This document shows positions 8,628 through 17,830 of a DNA stretch of 64,000 nucleotides, piece by piece. Within the stretch, counting starts at the first letter, position 1; the number at the start of each line of letters is the position of its first letter. Both the position numbers and the translations under genes were made by a program. The stretch is from a virus (taxonomy: Duplodnaviria; Caudoviricetes), in the IMG/VR virus record IMGVR_UViG_3300042755_000021, positions 1,903 through 65,902 of that record; one strand, written 5' to 3'. The notes below the pieces were generated by a model. The model had not been told where the DNA came from and ran no database searches. It was given only the letters and a program-made list of their open reading frames with translations.

Positions 8628-9110
8628 TTAAAACTCAGTACTACCCTCAGTAGGGTCAACCCAGGTTAAATCATTGTCTTCGGTAGGCGCGGAGTTGATG
8701 TAATTAATCGCGTCATCAGGATCGATAAACACGTTAGCACCAGATTCGCGCACTAGCTCGGTAAGCTTACCCATGTCTAACTCAGCTTCGGCGTCACCTG
8801 ACTCGCCAGACATCGCTAACATTGCTGTTGTCGTAGGGTTTTTCAACGCAGCAGCGGTAAGTTCCGCTACCGCCGTAAATCCCGTTTGCTTGGGTTTGAT
8901 CACGTATAAACTCATGATCGCGTCTTCACGGGCTTTGGTTTCGATTTGCATCGATTCAAAACCCACACTACGGCTGTGCCGGATCGATTGCTTGAAATGA
9001 TTTCGTAAGGCTGGGTCGATACTGCCTCGTAACATGAACCCAGTCGGTAATTTTTTACGTGGTGTTTCGATCGCCTCTAAGGCGTCTCGCAGTTGATCTG
9101 TACGACTCAT
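8628..9110 (-). CDS. Degenerate NDT/TIR-like protein (paralog of 429-878)
   Basis: LYVIKPKQTGFTAVAEL..KNPTTT..LVRESGANVF aligns with LYVITPLISGVYSIAEA..KRPTQT..LVLRNGATVL. Confidence 0.65.
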   Translation of the reverse strand: MSRTDQLRDALEAIETPRKKLPTGFMLRGSIDPALRNHFKQSIRHSRSVGFESMQIETKAREDAIMSLYVIKPKQTGFTAVAELTAAALKNPTTTAMLAMSGESGDAEAELDMGKLTELVRESGANVFIDPDDAINYINSAPTEDNDLTWVDPTEGSTEF

Positions 9111-9134
9111 GTGTTTTTACTCCTGAATTCGCTT

Positions 9135-9160
9135 AGAATTCGCATAGTATATCTCGGTTT
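9135..9160 (-). promoter_or_regulatory. Putative early-type promoter
   Basis: Minus strand GAGATATACTA, related to the GATATATACTA element at 18.6 and 32.6 kb. Confidence 0.5.
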
Positions 9161-9185
9161 ATCCACAACATAAACTGTATCATCT

Positions 9186-9385
9186 ATCGCGTACGCCCGC
9201 GTAAGATATACTAAGGCTCGCGCGCGTGCGCACGTTTGTTTATAATTTATATAATATTTATATTATATAAATTAAATAATAAATATAATAAATACTTTAG
9301 GATTTACCCTAGTAAATCCTAAAAACAATATTTCTTTTGGTATTTATACCTACGGTATAAATAAATAATACTAATCGCGTACGCG
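9186..9385. other. AT-rich palindromic locus, candidate replication origin
   Basis: Three inverted repeats (9243-9274, 9296-9323, 9341-9363) bracketed by direct repeat ATCGCGTACGC (9186, 9374). Confidence 0.5.
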
Positions 9386-9584
9386 CTAAGAAGGCTATCG
9401 CCGTAACGATTTTGGTTAAGACCAAAATCATCTGGATAACTACCCCACAGCGGCATAGCCGGGAAACGCTCTTAAAAAATTCATTTGGGGGCGCGGCGGC
9501 GGGATGATCGGCACCGCAGCGGGATTTATGGCGCGCCAACCATGTTTAAACGCACGGCAGCATAGCTAAATCAAACGATCTACG

Positions 9585-9630
9585 CTAAGACCAGGCTACC
9601 CTACTGCTTAGGTTTAGCCTGGTCTTAAAT
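9585..9630 (-). terminator. Hairpin after 9641-10051
   Basis: TAAGACCAGGCTA / TAGCCTGGTCTTA inverted repeat. Confidence 0.65.
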
Positions 9631-9640
9631 CGCCTAGTTA

Positions 9641-10051
9641 TCAGCTAGGTGAATATTCGAAACGAGTTTCACCGATAGGTAAAACAATCCCTACCCCGTT
9701 CGAATAGGGTTTAAATACTACGTTCGGTAGCTTGCAGTGCTCGTTCAACACCCGACTAACCGTACGGTAGGGGATACCTAACCGTACGCAATCATCAAAC
9801 ATCAGATCCATGACCTGGTATAATTTACCTGCTTCATACCGAGCTTTGACGTCTTCGACCGTAGGTTGCTGACAGATTTGCCCTAGGCGTAATATTTTAA
9901 TAATCATCTCAGCATGTCTATCGAGTACGAGTAATACCGACTTGACGTGTTTTAGATAACGCCAGAGACCTCTGACTAGGTAGACTGCCACGATGCAGAC
10001 AGCCGACCATAAAGCGGATTGCACGATGTGCGGGGTTATGTAATTAAACAT
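9641..10051 (-). CDS. Membrane-anchored hypothetical protein
   Basis: N-terminal TM ALWSAVCIVAVYLV; GAGGA RBS. Confidence 0.65.
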   Translation of the reverse strand: MFNYITPHIVQSALWSAVCIVAVYLVRGLWRYLKHVKSVLLVLDRHAEMIIKILRLGQICQQPTVEDVKARYEAGKLYQVMDLMFDDCVRLGIPYRTVSRVLNEHCKLPNVVFKPYSNGVGIVLPIGETRFEYSPS

Positions 10052-10095
10052 GATATATCCTCAACATTAAATTTTACTACAATGGAATTACTATG

Positions 10096-10256
10096 TGGTG
10101 AAATACGGCTAATTTAGATCGACTGCATGGTATAACCTGCATAGACCTAGTGCACGAGCGTACTGTTAACTGCCGGCTCTCAGTTAGCGGTATGCAGTGA
10201 GCCGTCATAGACCCAAGGGGTGCAGCGCATGCGCTGCACCCTAGGGGTGTATGCCG
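10096..10256 (+). ncRNA. Candidate late small RNA
   Basis: TACTATG at ~10090, no usable ORF, internal stems, ends in hairpin 10218-10241 + TATGCCG. Confidence 0.35.
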
Positions 10257-10353
10257 TCACCGTAGTGATCTGATATATAATGTATGTCTCTTTTTTATTA
10301 CATTAGACGCAGTTAGTCTAGTACTATGAGTTAAAATTTATGAGGCGCTATTT

Positions 10354-10788
10354 ATGCAAACAATTCCATTGGAGTTGCGCCGTAATTGGGTGAAACTCCA
10401 AAACACTGAACAAGGGTGTTTGTTGCAAGCAGAGGCCGGGGAAGTAGTCTATTATTTTTATTCTGTATACCCTCCACCGCCAGAAGCTACCGGGATGGTA
10501 GAGGATGCGGTAGGCGGGCCTTCGCGTCTAAGAGGCGGTAGTATTTGGGTCCGCAGTAAGAACTGGAGCCGTATTTCCTACATCCCTTATAACGTGGATG
10601 GTGATACAGTAGAAGTTATCGTAGGTTCTTTGCCTAATCTGAACACTGATGATAAAACCGACGTTATCAGTGCCATTAACGAAGTCAACACCTTAGCTAA
10701 AACCAAAGTGGATAGTGACGCTATAGGCGACCTTAGCGCACCCTCCATTAATTTCACAGCCCAATATATAGAAGCGAGCCAGCCATGA
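10354..10788 (+). CDS. Fibre-associated virion protein
   Basis: C-terminal LNTDDKTDVISAINEV module shared with next gene; start of + strand late cluster. Confidence 0.7.
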   Translation: MQTIPLELRRNWVKLQNTEQGCLLQAEAGEVVYYFYSVYPPPPEATGMVEDAVGGPSRLRGGSIWVRSKNWSRISYIPYNVDGDTVEVIVGSLPNLNTDDKTDVISAINEVNTLAKTKVDSDAIGDLSAPSINFTAQYIEASQP

Positions 10789-11321
10789 GTTTAGTATCAC
10801 AAATCAATGCCTTAATCGTAGCCATCGGTGCGGATGTTAAAGACATTCGTGATAAAGCCGGTACACTAGCCAGTCTTAATACCACGGATAAAGCCAGCCT
10901 AGTAGCAGCAGTTAATGAAGTCAACACTGCACTAGGTGATGCCAGAGATGTATTAGATGCATTAATCAACGATACCTTAGGCGTCGGTACAGTAGACCAC
11001 GTATGGTCTATCGATAAAGTAATCAGTTATGTGCTATCAGTTAAATCCGATATCTTAGGTGGTATTGCCCCGACTACACTGGACACTATCTTCGAATTAG
11101 CCGCCGAACTACAAAATGCAGAAAACGATGTAGGCAGTATCTTTACTGCCTTAGGTTTTCGCGTTAGTGTGGATGCAGCTCAATCGTTCGATTCCACACA
11201 GCAGGCCCAAGGTCGTAGTAATATTGGCGCTGCTTCTGCGGCCGCATTAACGACATTAACCACCAACGTTGGTGACACAACTACTGATTTTACAGCAGCC
11301 TATGTAACCGCTAAAACGTGA
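10785..11321 (+). CDS. Head/tail fibre-like protein
   Basis: MSLVSQI..AIGADVK, LNTTDKASLVAAVNEV, TLDTIFELA, DAAQSF..QQAQGRSNIG fibre motifs. Confidence 0.75.
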   Translation: MSLVSQINALIVAIGADVKDIRDKAGTLASLNTTDKASLVAAVNEVNTALGDARDVLDALINDTLGVGTVDHVWSIDKVISYVLSVKSDILGGIAPTTLDTIFELAAELQNAENDVGSIFTALGFRVSVDAAQSFDSTQQAQGRSNIGAASAAALTTLTTNVGDTTTDFTAAYVTAKT

Positions 11322-11329
11322 GGTGACCC

Positions 11330-13975
11330 ATGAGTCTGGTATCGCAGCTAATAGCGGTAATACAGGCAATCGGTGCGGACATCAAAGCACTAGGCCAGTC
11401 TATTACGACCGGGCTAGCAGCTAAAGTCGATAAAGTGACAGGTAAAGCATTATCGACCAATGATCTGACCGATGCATTACTGGCCAGTCTAAACGTATCA
11501 CACTCATTCATTAAAGATACGTTTAGTGGCTCTTATATAGACGGTGGTGTACTAACACCTACCGGTGGTATTAATTTCAGTGTCTCAGCAGGTAGCGGCT
11601 ACGCTAGGGATAACCTGGGCGCAATCGTAGAGGTTAACTGGGGCACATTAACTGGCGCGTGTCTGACTAACGGAGATAATTTTATCGGTGTGGACTATAA
11701 CGGTGACTTAGTCATATCTACCACCTATATAGGGCCTGACCATATCGGCCTCGCTTATATAAACACCTACAACGGTAATACCGCGATAGCCGGTTTAAGT
11801 AACCTCCGGTTTAAAGCGCTAAACCACATCTACAACATGAACGACTACATCCGTAAAGTCATCGGGTCAATGGTGCATGATGGATGTAATATATCATTAC
11901 AGGCCAACCCTAACCAGTTAAAAGTAACACTGGGTAGTGGTGTGATGTGGTCTCAATACAATCCGCTAACTATATCGGATACCAGTACGTTCACTAAGTT
12001 ATTCGGTAGCCTACAGGGGTTCGTACCAGATACGACTAACCTTAACACGATTAACACGGCCTATTGGAACGACCGTAGTCAAAACTACGGTAGTGCGTTA
12101 GTTGCTCTTACCGCAGGGTACTATACGAAACACCTATTCTTCATTAACCCTGAAGGATTATTGTTTTTCCTATACGGCACCGCTCAATACGCGACGCTGG
12201 ATGATGCTAAACTAGCACCGGAACCACAAGCGCCTATCAGTATTAGTGCCAGTATCTGTCGGGTGGCTACGGTGATCGTACAACAAGGTGCGACTGATGT
12301 ATCAGTACTAAACGACACCAGACCGATCTTCCAGCGACTGTTCCAAACTGGCGTAGTGTCTAGCCCGTTAACCGTGGTAAGCCATCATGACTTAGTAGAT
12401 AACCAAGACGGCGATGACCATACGCAGTACCACAACGACACCCGTGGCGATATACGGTATTACCGTAAATCAGAAATCGTAGCGTTTTTATTGGGTAAAG
12501 CAGAGGCTACGCATACACACGTAGTTAGCGATATCACGGGATTGACCGCTACGCTAGCGACTTTAGCGACGTTGAATAGTCCTAATCTAACGGGTGTACC
12601 GACTGCCCCGACCGCGGCATATGGCACTAACACTACGGCATTAGCCACGACGCAATTCGTACAGACTGCGATGGCTCAGGCTATTGCTGATTTAATCGGT
12701 AGTGCGCCCGGTACGTTAGATCAACTAGCTGAAATCGCTACCGCCATTGGTAATGATCCTAATTTCGCGACTACATTAGCGAATCAGTTAGCCTTACGGT
12801 TAAGGATAGACGCGGCTCAAACACTGACAGCACCGCAGCAGGCCTTCGGTAGAGCTAACTTAGGGCTAGCAGCTAGCGCCACAGTCGACACCAGTACGAC
12901 CGCCAACATTACTGACGCTACGAATAAACGTTTTGTAACGGACGTGCTGTTAGCTGTACTCCAGTTAACGAGCGGTACCAACAGCGGTGACGAAACCACA
13001 GCGACTATTAAACTTAAGTTAGGGGCTGCTACAGCCTTAGCTGACGGTTATATGACATTAGCCGCGATGGGTAAGTTAGATGGTATCGCGGCTGGCGCTA
13101 ACAACTATGCCCACCCTAACCATAGCGGTGATGTGGCATCTACGGGTGATGGCGCTACGGTAATCCAACCGGGTGTGGTAGGTAATAGTAAACTAACCAA
13201 TATTGCCTCAGGGATCATAAAAGGACGAACTGCGGCCGGCACTGGTGCTGTAGAAGATCTAACGACTATAGATCTGTTATCGATGTTGTTAGCGGGTCAG
13301 TGGTATAAAGATGAAGACTTTCCACAGGGTGGTGTAGGGTTACAGGGGTTTTCGGCCGCACAAGCCGGTGCAGGTTCCGGCGTGACAGGTTTAGCTATTG
13401 CTGGGGTAGCTGGCGTAATACAGATGTCTACTGGTACTACGGCTACCGGCTGGTCAGCTGTAAACGACACACCGGCGGTATCGCATTTAATAGCGGGCGC
13501 AGGCGAGTTAGTAACCATCGCTAAATTCCAAATACCTGTATTATCAGTAGCCGCACAGCGGTTTAGTGTACGTATTGGTTTCGGGGATTCCACGACGTCG
13601 GCGGACAACGTAGATAGCGGCGGTTATATTGAATATACAGATACCGTAAACGGCGGTAACTGGGTATACTGCACCGCGTCAAACTCTACCCGTACTAAAA
13701 ACAACTCGGCGGTAGCCGCCGTAGCTCAAACAGGCGATAACTGGACTTATTTAAAGGCTATGGTAAACGCTGCTGGCACGCAAGCCGATATCTATCTGAA
13801 CAACACGTTGTTAGGTAGTATCACCACTAATATCCCTACTGGGACTGCCCGTGGGTTTGGTATGCATTTTGATATTGTCAAAACTATCGGTACTACTGCA
13901 CGGACGTTAAACATCGATAGAGTGTACCAACATATGGTCCGCAGCGATAGCGCTAGCCAGAACTGGAGGTTATAA
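11330..13975 (+). CDS. Long tail fibre protein
   Basis: 881 aa; SPNLTGVPTAPTA..TNTTALATTQFVQ, APGTLDQLAEIATAIGNDPNFATT, Y.HP.HSGDV, beta-rich C-terminal domain. Confidence 0.85.
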   Translation: MSLVSQLIAVIQAIGADIKALGQSITTGLAAKVDKVTGKALSTNDLTDALLASLNVSHSFIKDTFSGSYIDGGVLTPTGGINFSVSAGSGYARDNLGAIVEVNWGTLTGACLTNGDNFIGVDYNGDLVISTTYIGPDHIGLAYINTYNGNTAIAGLSNLRFKALNHIYNMNDYIRKVIGSMVHDGCNISLQANPNQLKVTLGSGVMWSQYNPLTISDTSTFTKLFGSLQGFVPDTTNLNTINTAYWNDRSQNYGSALVALTAGYYTKHLFFINPEGLLFFLYGTAQYATLDDAKLAPEPQAPISISASICRVATVIVQQGATDVSVLNDTRPIFQRLFQTGVVSSPLTVVSHHDLVDNQDGDDHTQYHNDTRGDIRYYRKSEIVAFLLGKAEATHTHVVSDITGLTATLATLATLNSPNLTGVPTAPTAAYGTNTTALATTQFVQTAMAQAIADLIGSAPGTLDQLAEIATAIGNDPNFATTLANQLALRLRIDAAQTLTAPQQAFGRANLGLAASATVDTSTTANITDATNKRFVTDVLLAVLQLTSGTNSGDETTATIKLKLGAATALADGYMTLAAMGKLDGIAAGANNYAHPNHSGDVASTGDGATVIQPGVVGNSKLTNIASGIIKGRTAAGTGAVEDLTTIDLLSMLLAGQWYKDEDFPQGGVGLQGFSAAQAGAGSGVTGLAIAGVAGVIQMSTGTTATGWSAVNDTPAVSHLIAGAGELVTIAKFQIPVLSVAAQRFSVRIGFGDSTTSADNVDSGGYIEYTDTVNGGNWVYCTASNSTRTKNNSAVAAVAQTGDNWTYLKAMVNAAGTQADIYLNNTLLGSITTNIPTGTARGFGMHFDIVKTIGTTARTLNIDRVYQHMVRSDSASQNWRL

Positions 13976-14577
13976 TGGCCACTGTTTTACATGTATTGAC
14001 TTACGGGTATACGGATAACCCCAAACAACTCCCGGCTGACTGGCCTGCTATTGTACACAACGTCCCGGACGATACGCCGTTACCAGCTAACTGGTTGTTG
14101 TTCGCGGACGATGACGCTTATCGAACATACGTAGCCACGCACAAACCCGCTTACGATGCTGCTATCGCCGTACAGTCGTTGGCTGCCCGCCGAGACGAAG
14201 CATGGGAAGCCATTAAAGCTTACCGTGATATGCGTGAATCCAGTGGTGTGAAAGTAGCCGTGGATGGCGTAGACTACTGGTTCCACAGTGACGTCAGATC
14301 TTTAATCAAATACCTGTTTTTGTTATTCTTATCCACGATATTCGCCAGCTATTTTCCGCCGGGTTTAAAATGGAAAACGATGTCAGATGCTGAGGTAGTC
14401 ATTACTACAGCTCTAGTAATCCAGGTGTTTTTTAAAGTATTTGAAGTTGGTGGGACGTTGTTTGCTATAGGTCGTCTACATCGTGCAGCTATGTTAGCTG
14501 CACCTGAACCATCTGAGTATAATTATCGTGAACCTGGGCCAGGGATTCCTCCCTGGCCTCCTATCTACGGAGAATGA
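13975..14577 (+). CDS. Tail fibre assembly protein, DUF4376-like
   Basis: AWEAIKAYRD..GVKV..YWFHSD; directly downstream of fibre. Confidence 0.75.
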   Translation: MATVLHVLTYGYTDNPKQLPADWPAIVHNVPDDTPLPANWLLFADDDAYRTYVATHKPAYDAAIAVQSLAARRDEAWEAIKAYRDMRESSGVKVAVDGVDYWFHSDVRSLIKYLFLLFLSTIFASYFPPGLKWKTMSDAEVVITTALVIQVFFKVFEVGGTLFAIGRLHRAAMLAAPEPSEYNYREPGPGIPPWPPIYGE

Positions 14578-14580
14578 GGA

Positions 14581-15078
14581 ATGTCAAAACTTATACTACC
14601 TACCGTGGAGGTAGCGTTTAGTCGATCACATCTACCGTTCAGTTACGGCATACGGGCTATTACTAGCCCGCCTGGCGAATGGATGGCTGAGTGGTCACAC
14701 TGCGCGCCTATCTTACCTAGTGGTAGAATCATCGAAGCCTCCGCATTACGCGGAGGTGTATTACAGGATACGTTAGCGAATTTTAAGCATCGCGCTACCA
14801 GCTGGGCTATTGCTGAATATGAATGTGCTGATCCTGATGCGTTCTATGAGTTCTTATTAGCGCAGGAAGGTAAGCGTTACGATTACACGGCGCTAATAGG
14901 GTTCTTAGCGCATAATCGTGATTATCAGCTAGATAGCGATTGGTTTTGCTCAGAGTTAGGTGAAACCGGTTTTATTAAAGGTGGCTCACCGCACTTCGCT
15001 GGTGTATTAAAAGGATTTGTATCACCTGAGGAGTTATGGTGCGAACGTTTACGTATAGTGACAGAATCAGCGGCATAA
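14581..15078 (+). CDS. Permuted papain-like (YiiX/YebB-like NlpC/P60) amidase
   Basis: WSHC..IIEAS..GV..YDY..WFCSEL: His before Cys. Confidence 0.8.
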   Translation: MSKLILPTVEVAFSRSHLPFSYGIRAITSPPGEWMAEWSHCAPILPSGRIIEASALRGGVLQDTLANFKHRATSWAIAEYECADPDAFYEFLLAQEGKRYDYTALIGFLAHNRDYQLDSDWFCSELGETGFIKGGSPHFAGVLKGFVSPEELWCERLRIVTESAA

Positions 15079-15118
15079 CGTCTAAGGACTACCCTAGGGT
15101 AGTCCTTAGGATATGCCG
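15071..15118. terminator. Bidirectional palindromic hairpin with TATGCCG on both strands
   Basis: CGGCATA 15071-15077, palindrome 15082-15109, TATGCCG 15112-15118 between convergent genes. Confidence 0.75.
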
Positions 15119-15493
15119 TTATAAACCATACACCACACTACCATCTTTACATTTATAATTACCCGGATATCGCTGACACGTCCCCGCTAATACACAAGCT
15201 TGTTTTAAAGAAGACATAACCTCGTCATATACCCCATAATCAATTAAACACAACACATCGAGTAGTTCAATAGACGCACGAAGCTTAATATACGTCGTAG
15301 CTATAGAGTCTTCCAGACAACCTATTACCATATAACGCTCAGGACACGCTATAATCGCATTTAAGTGCCTTACAGCTATAAACGAATACGATAGTACCTT
15401 AAGCTCACTATACCAGCGTATATACGCTAAACGGCGCCCAATAGGTATAGGCTCCCGTGGCTTAGCTAAGATCGCTAGATATTCCAGTAACAT
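15119..15493 (-). CDS. Hypothetical protein
   Basis: ORF fills gap, ends at the palindrome. Confidence 0.55.
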   Translation of the reverse strand: MLLEYLAILAKPREPIPIGRRLAYIRWYSELKVLSYSFIAVRHLNAIIACPERYMVIGCLEDSIATTYIKLRASIELLDVLCLIDYGVYDEVMSSLKQACVLAGTCQRYPGNYKCKDGSVVYGL

Positions 15494-15767
15494 AAGTCAC
15501 CCCAGTGATATATTCAATCACATAATCACCTATAGTAGCCCCAGGTGTTTTAAGATGCGCGCATATTACATCCATGAGTTGCGCGGACTGTATATTACTA
15601 GACTGCGCTAAATAAGCCGGTAAATCACTTACCCGCAACATATGTTCGGAATGTCCGTTAGTCCGCTGTATGATTAACAACCCCGCTGGCGCCAATGGCT
15701 TAGCATAAGCAATGATATGCCCGTACTCACCACAATAACTAATATCAATAGTCATGATAATCCCCAC
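15462..15767 (-). CDS. Hypothetical protein
   Basis: Co-oriented with 15119-15493. Confidence 0.55.
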   Translation of the reverse strand: MGIIMTIDISYCGEYGHIIAYAKPLAPAGLLIIQRTNGHSEHMLRVSDLPAYLAQSSNIQSAQLMDVICAHLKTPGATIGDYVIEYITGVTYVTGISSDLS

Positions 15768-15814
15768 TCTAAGTATGATTATGTGTAGTTATAGTTTACC
15801 CTGAGGTATAGTCC

Positions 15815-17032
15815 ATGTCTACGTTAAAGACCGTATTACAAGAGGCTTTTAAAGACCTCCGTATTGATCCTGCGTTGTTCTCACAAATACATCAGTATTC
15901 CGCTGCATTCGTTAACCGTAATGATGACCACATTCGTTTTTTCGGAGGCAACCTATTAGGCGTATACCCCGTACGATTTAAGTCTAGCGATAAAAATGAA
16001 TGGCTAGATGATATATTACATATCGATGAATCCGATACACGTGAAGCGATATTGCGATTACCCAGCATTAAGGAAAACTGGATCCGTGCAACGGACGTAA
16101 TGAACCTAAGCTGTTTATACTTAGTGCACGCCATTAAAGTTATCTATCAGTCTAAGCTCTCACCTATAGAACGTGAGCGAGTAATGATTGATGTGTTGAT
16201 GGTATTGCATTATAAGTTCTTCGGTAGTATCTTAGCGCATTATTTTAAATACCCCGCTGATGAAGCCACTGCACTGGCTACCTACGCTGCGCTGTCTAAG
16301 AAGTTCGCTATTAAGCAATACGGTAACTGGTATGCCGTATTAGAGAATCGGTGTAAAGACATTATCGCCGAGAACAGTATCCACTTTGAGACTATAGCGC
16401 GATTCGATGATGATGAAGCTATCATCTACATGATCACAGATACTCAAGGACGACTAAAGTCCATCGTTAAAAAGATATGGGCTGTATTCGAGGTCGTTAG
16501 ACAGCAGAACGCTAAGATCCTAACTGCCGGTGGTACTATTGAGTTAGATGGTAAAACTATCGTACGTGATGTATCACGAATGTATACACCTTATCGTCGT
16601 TATTTAGGTGAGATCGTCTCTGAACGAAATCGGTTTATTAAACCCGAACTCGTAGAGGTTATCGGTAGTGCTATGCATACGATGCCTGAAAAACTACTGA
16701 CCGATGTCTTGAGTTATATGGTAGACCACTATCAAGATAAACGCATTACTGCGTTATTAGACGAGACCATGCTACACGCGTTTGATTACCTATCTAACGA
16801 TCGACGAGCCCAAGACCGTATGAATGATATCGCTGCATTAATTGCTAAGTTACGGGCACTATATATGGCGTCTAGATCCACGGATCCTGCATTGATGAAG
16901 ATGCGTGAGCTAGGCGAGTCTATCGTACACAGCGCAGTAGTAGGCCGTAGCGCCGCCGTAGTGGCCTCTGTAAGAACTGGATTACTACTGTACATCGTGT
17001 TACGTACATTTACCATGAAGCACTATGGGTGA
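15815..17032 (+). CDS. Conserved phiKZ-like phage protein, probably virion structural
   Basis: 405 aa; H..FFGGNLLGV..VRF N-terminus recalled from jumbo phage core genes; GAGG RBS. Confidence 0.6.
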   Translation: MSTLKTVLQEAFKDLRIDPALFSQIHQYSAAFVNRNDDHIRFFGGNLLGVYPVRFKSSDKNEWLDDILHIDESDTREAILRLPSIKENWIRATDVMNLSCLYLVHAIKVIYQSKLSPIERERVMIDVLMVLHYKFFGSILAHYFKYPADEATALATYAALSKKFAIKQYGNWYAVLENRCKDIIAENSIHFETIARFDDDEAIIYMITDTQGRLKSIVKKIWAVFEVVRQQNAKILTAGGTIELDGKTIVRDVSRMYTPYRRYLGEIVSERNRFIKPELVEVIGSAMHTMPEKLLTDVLSYMVDHYQDKRITALLDETMLHAFDYLSNDRRAQDRMNDIAALIAKLRALYMASRSTDPALMKMRELGESIVHSAVVGRSAAVVASVRTGLLLYIVLRTFTMKHYG

Positions 17033-17038
17033 TCATCT

Positions 17039-17158
17039 ATGTTTATTAATCCACACCGAACTGTTGTTAGACACCACAGACCTGACCCTACTGGACCATT
17101 ACTCATATTACTCGTGATTATTTTAATTAGCATGGGGTTAATGTGGTGGGCACTATGA
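17039..17158 (+). CDS. 39-aa single-TM protein (holin/antiholin candidate)
   Basis: MFINPHRTVVRHHRPDPTGPLLILLVIILISMGLMWWAL; ATGA overlap with i-spanin start. Confidence 0.55.
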   Translation: MFINPHRTVVRHHRPDPTGPLLILLVIILISMGLMWWAL

Positions 17159-17697
17159 TACTATTAGCGTTCATCCGTAAACATTTGATGTCAATTATGG
17201 CTATAGTAGGATTAGGTTACGTTATTTACGGAATCTACCATATAGGGTATGTACAGGGCAGTAACGCCGTACAGCAACAATGGACGGATGCTAAATTTAA
17301 ATTAGCTAAAGAAACTATCCAGCGTCAAAATGCGTCTGCTGCTATTACCGATAAAGTTACACACGAGTACGTAACCCGTATTCAACTCGTCCAAGCCCGC
17401 CAACGTGTTCTAATTAAAGAGGTACCTCGCTATGTTACGCCACGCGCTGATACTCAGTGTGTCATTACTAACGGTTTCCGGATGCACTGGAACACCGCCA
17501 ATCAATCCCTATTGCCCGATCCCTCCGTCAGTCCTGATGCAGCCCCCGGTACGACTGAACTCTATGATACTCCCATTCAAATACGACTCAGTGACGTTGC
17601 CACCCAACATGCTGCTGAAGCCAGTAGATGCCAAGCCACCGAAGAACAACTAATACAACTACAACTATGGTTAACTGCTCAGCAGGCTATTCCTTAG
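17155..17697 (+). CDS. i-spanin (Rz-like)
   Basis: N-terminal TM then periplasmic helix (..GY..G..AVQQQW, TITDKVTHEYV-type segment); track start 17143, probable start 17155. Confidence 0.85.
   Translation: MILLAFIRKHLMSIMAIVGLGYVIYGIYHIGYVQGSNAVQQQWTDAKFKLAKETIQRQNASAAITDKVTHEYVTRIQLVQARQRVLIKEVPRYVTPRADTQCVITNGFRMHWNTANQSLLPDPSVSPDAAPGTTELYDTPIQIRLSDVATQHAAEASRCQATEEQLIQLQLWLTAQQAIP
17432..17653 (+). CDS. o-spanin (Rz1-like lipoprotein) embedded in the i-spanin in another frame
   Basis: Signal peptide + lipobox VSGC, Pro-rich mature part CPIPPSVLMQPP. Confidence 0.85.
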   Translation: MLRHALILSVSLLTVSGCTGTPPINPYCPIPPSVLMQPPVRLNSMILPFKYDSVTLPPNMLLKPVDAKPPKNN

Positions 17698-17699
17698 CC

Positions 17700-17753
17700 A
17701 AAAAAAAAAATAGCCTCACAGCGACCCGAAGGTCGCTGTAGGGTGCTATGCCG
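17700..17753. terminator. Bidirectional terminator: U-tract on minus, TATGCCG on plus
   Basis: A-run from 17699, ACAGCGACC-CGAA-GGTCGCTGT, TATGCCG 17747. Confidence 0.8.
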
Positions 17754-17830
17754 CCACTAGTATTTTCACGACTCCTCGCGAATGATTTATAATTTTAACG
17801 TGTTTATATCAATAACATAACACGAATGCA

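Noticed and set aside
9309-9539. 76-aa ORF in the track
   Set aside because: Runs through palindromic AT-rich and structured non-coding DNA, with no convincing RBS
17699-17710. Poly-A run as a phase-variable tract
   Set aside because: Intergenic and explained as the U-tract of the minus-strand terminator
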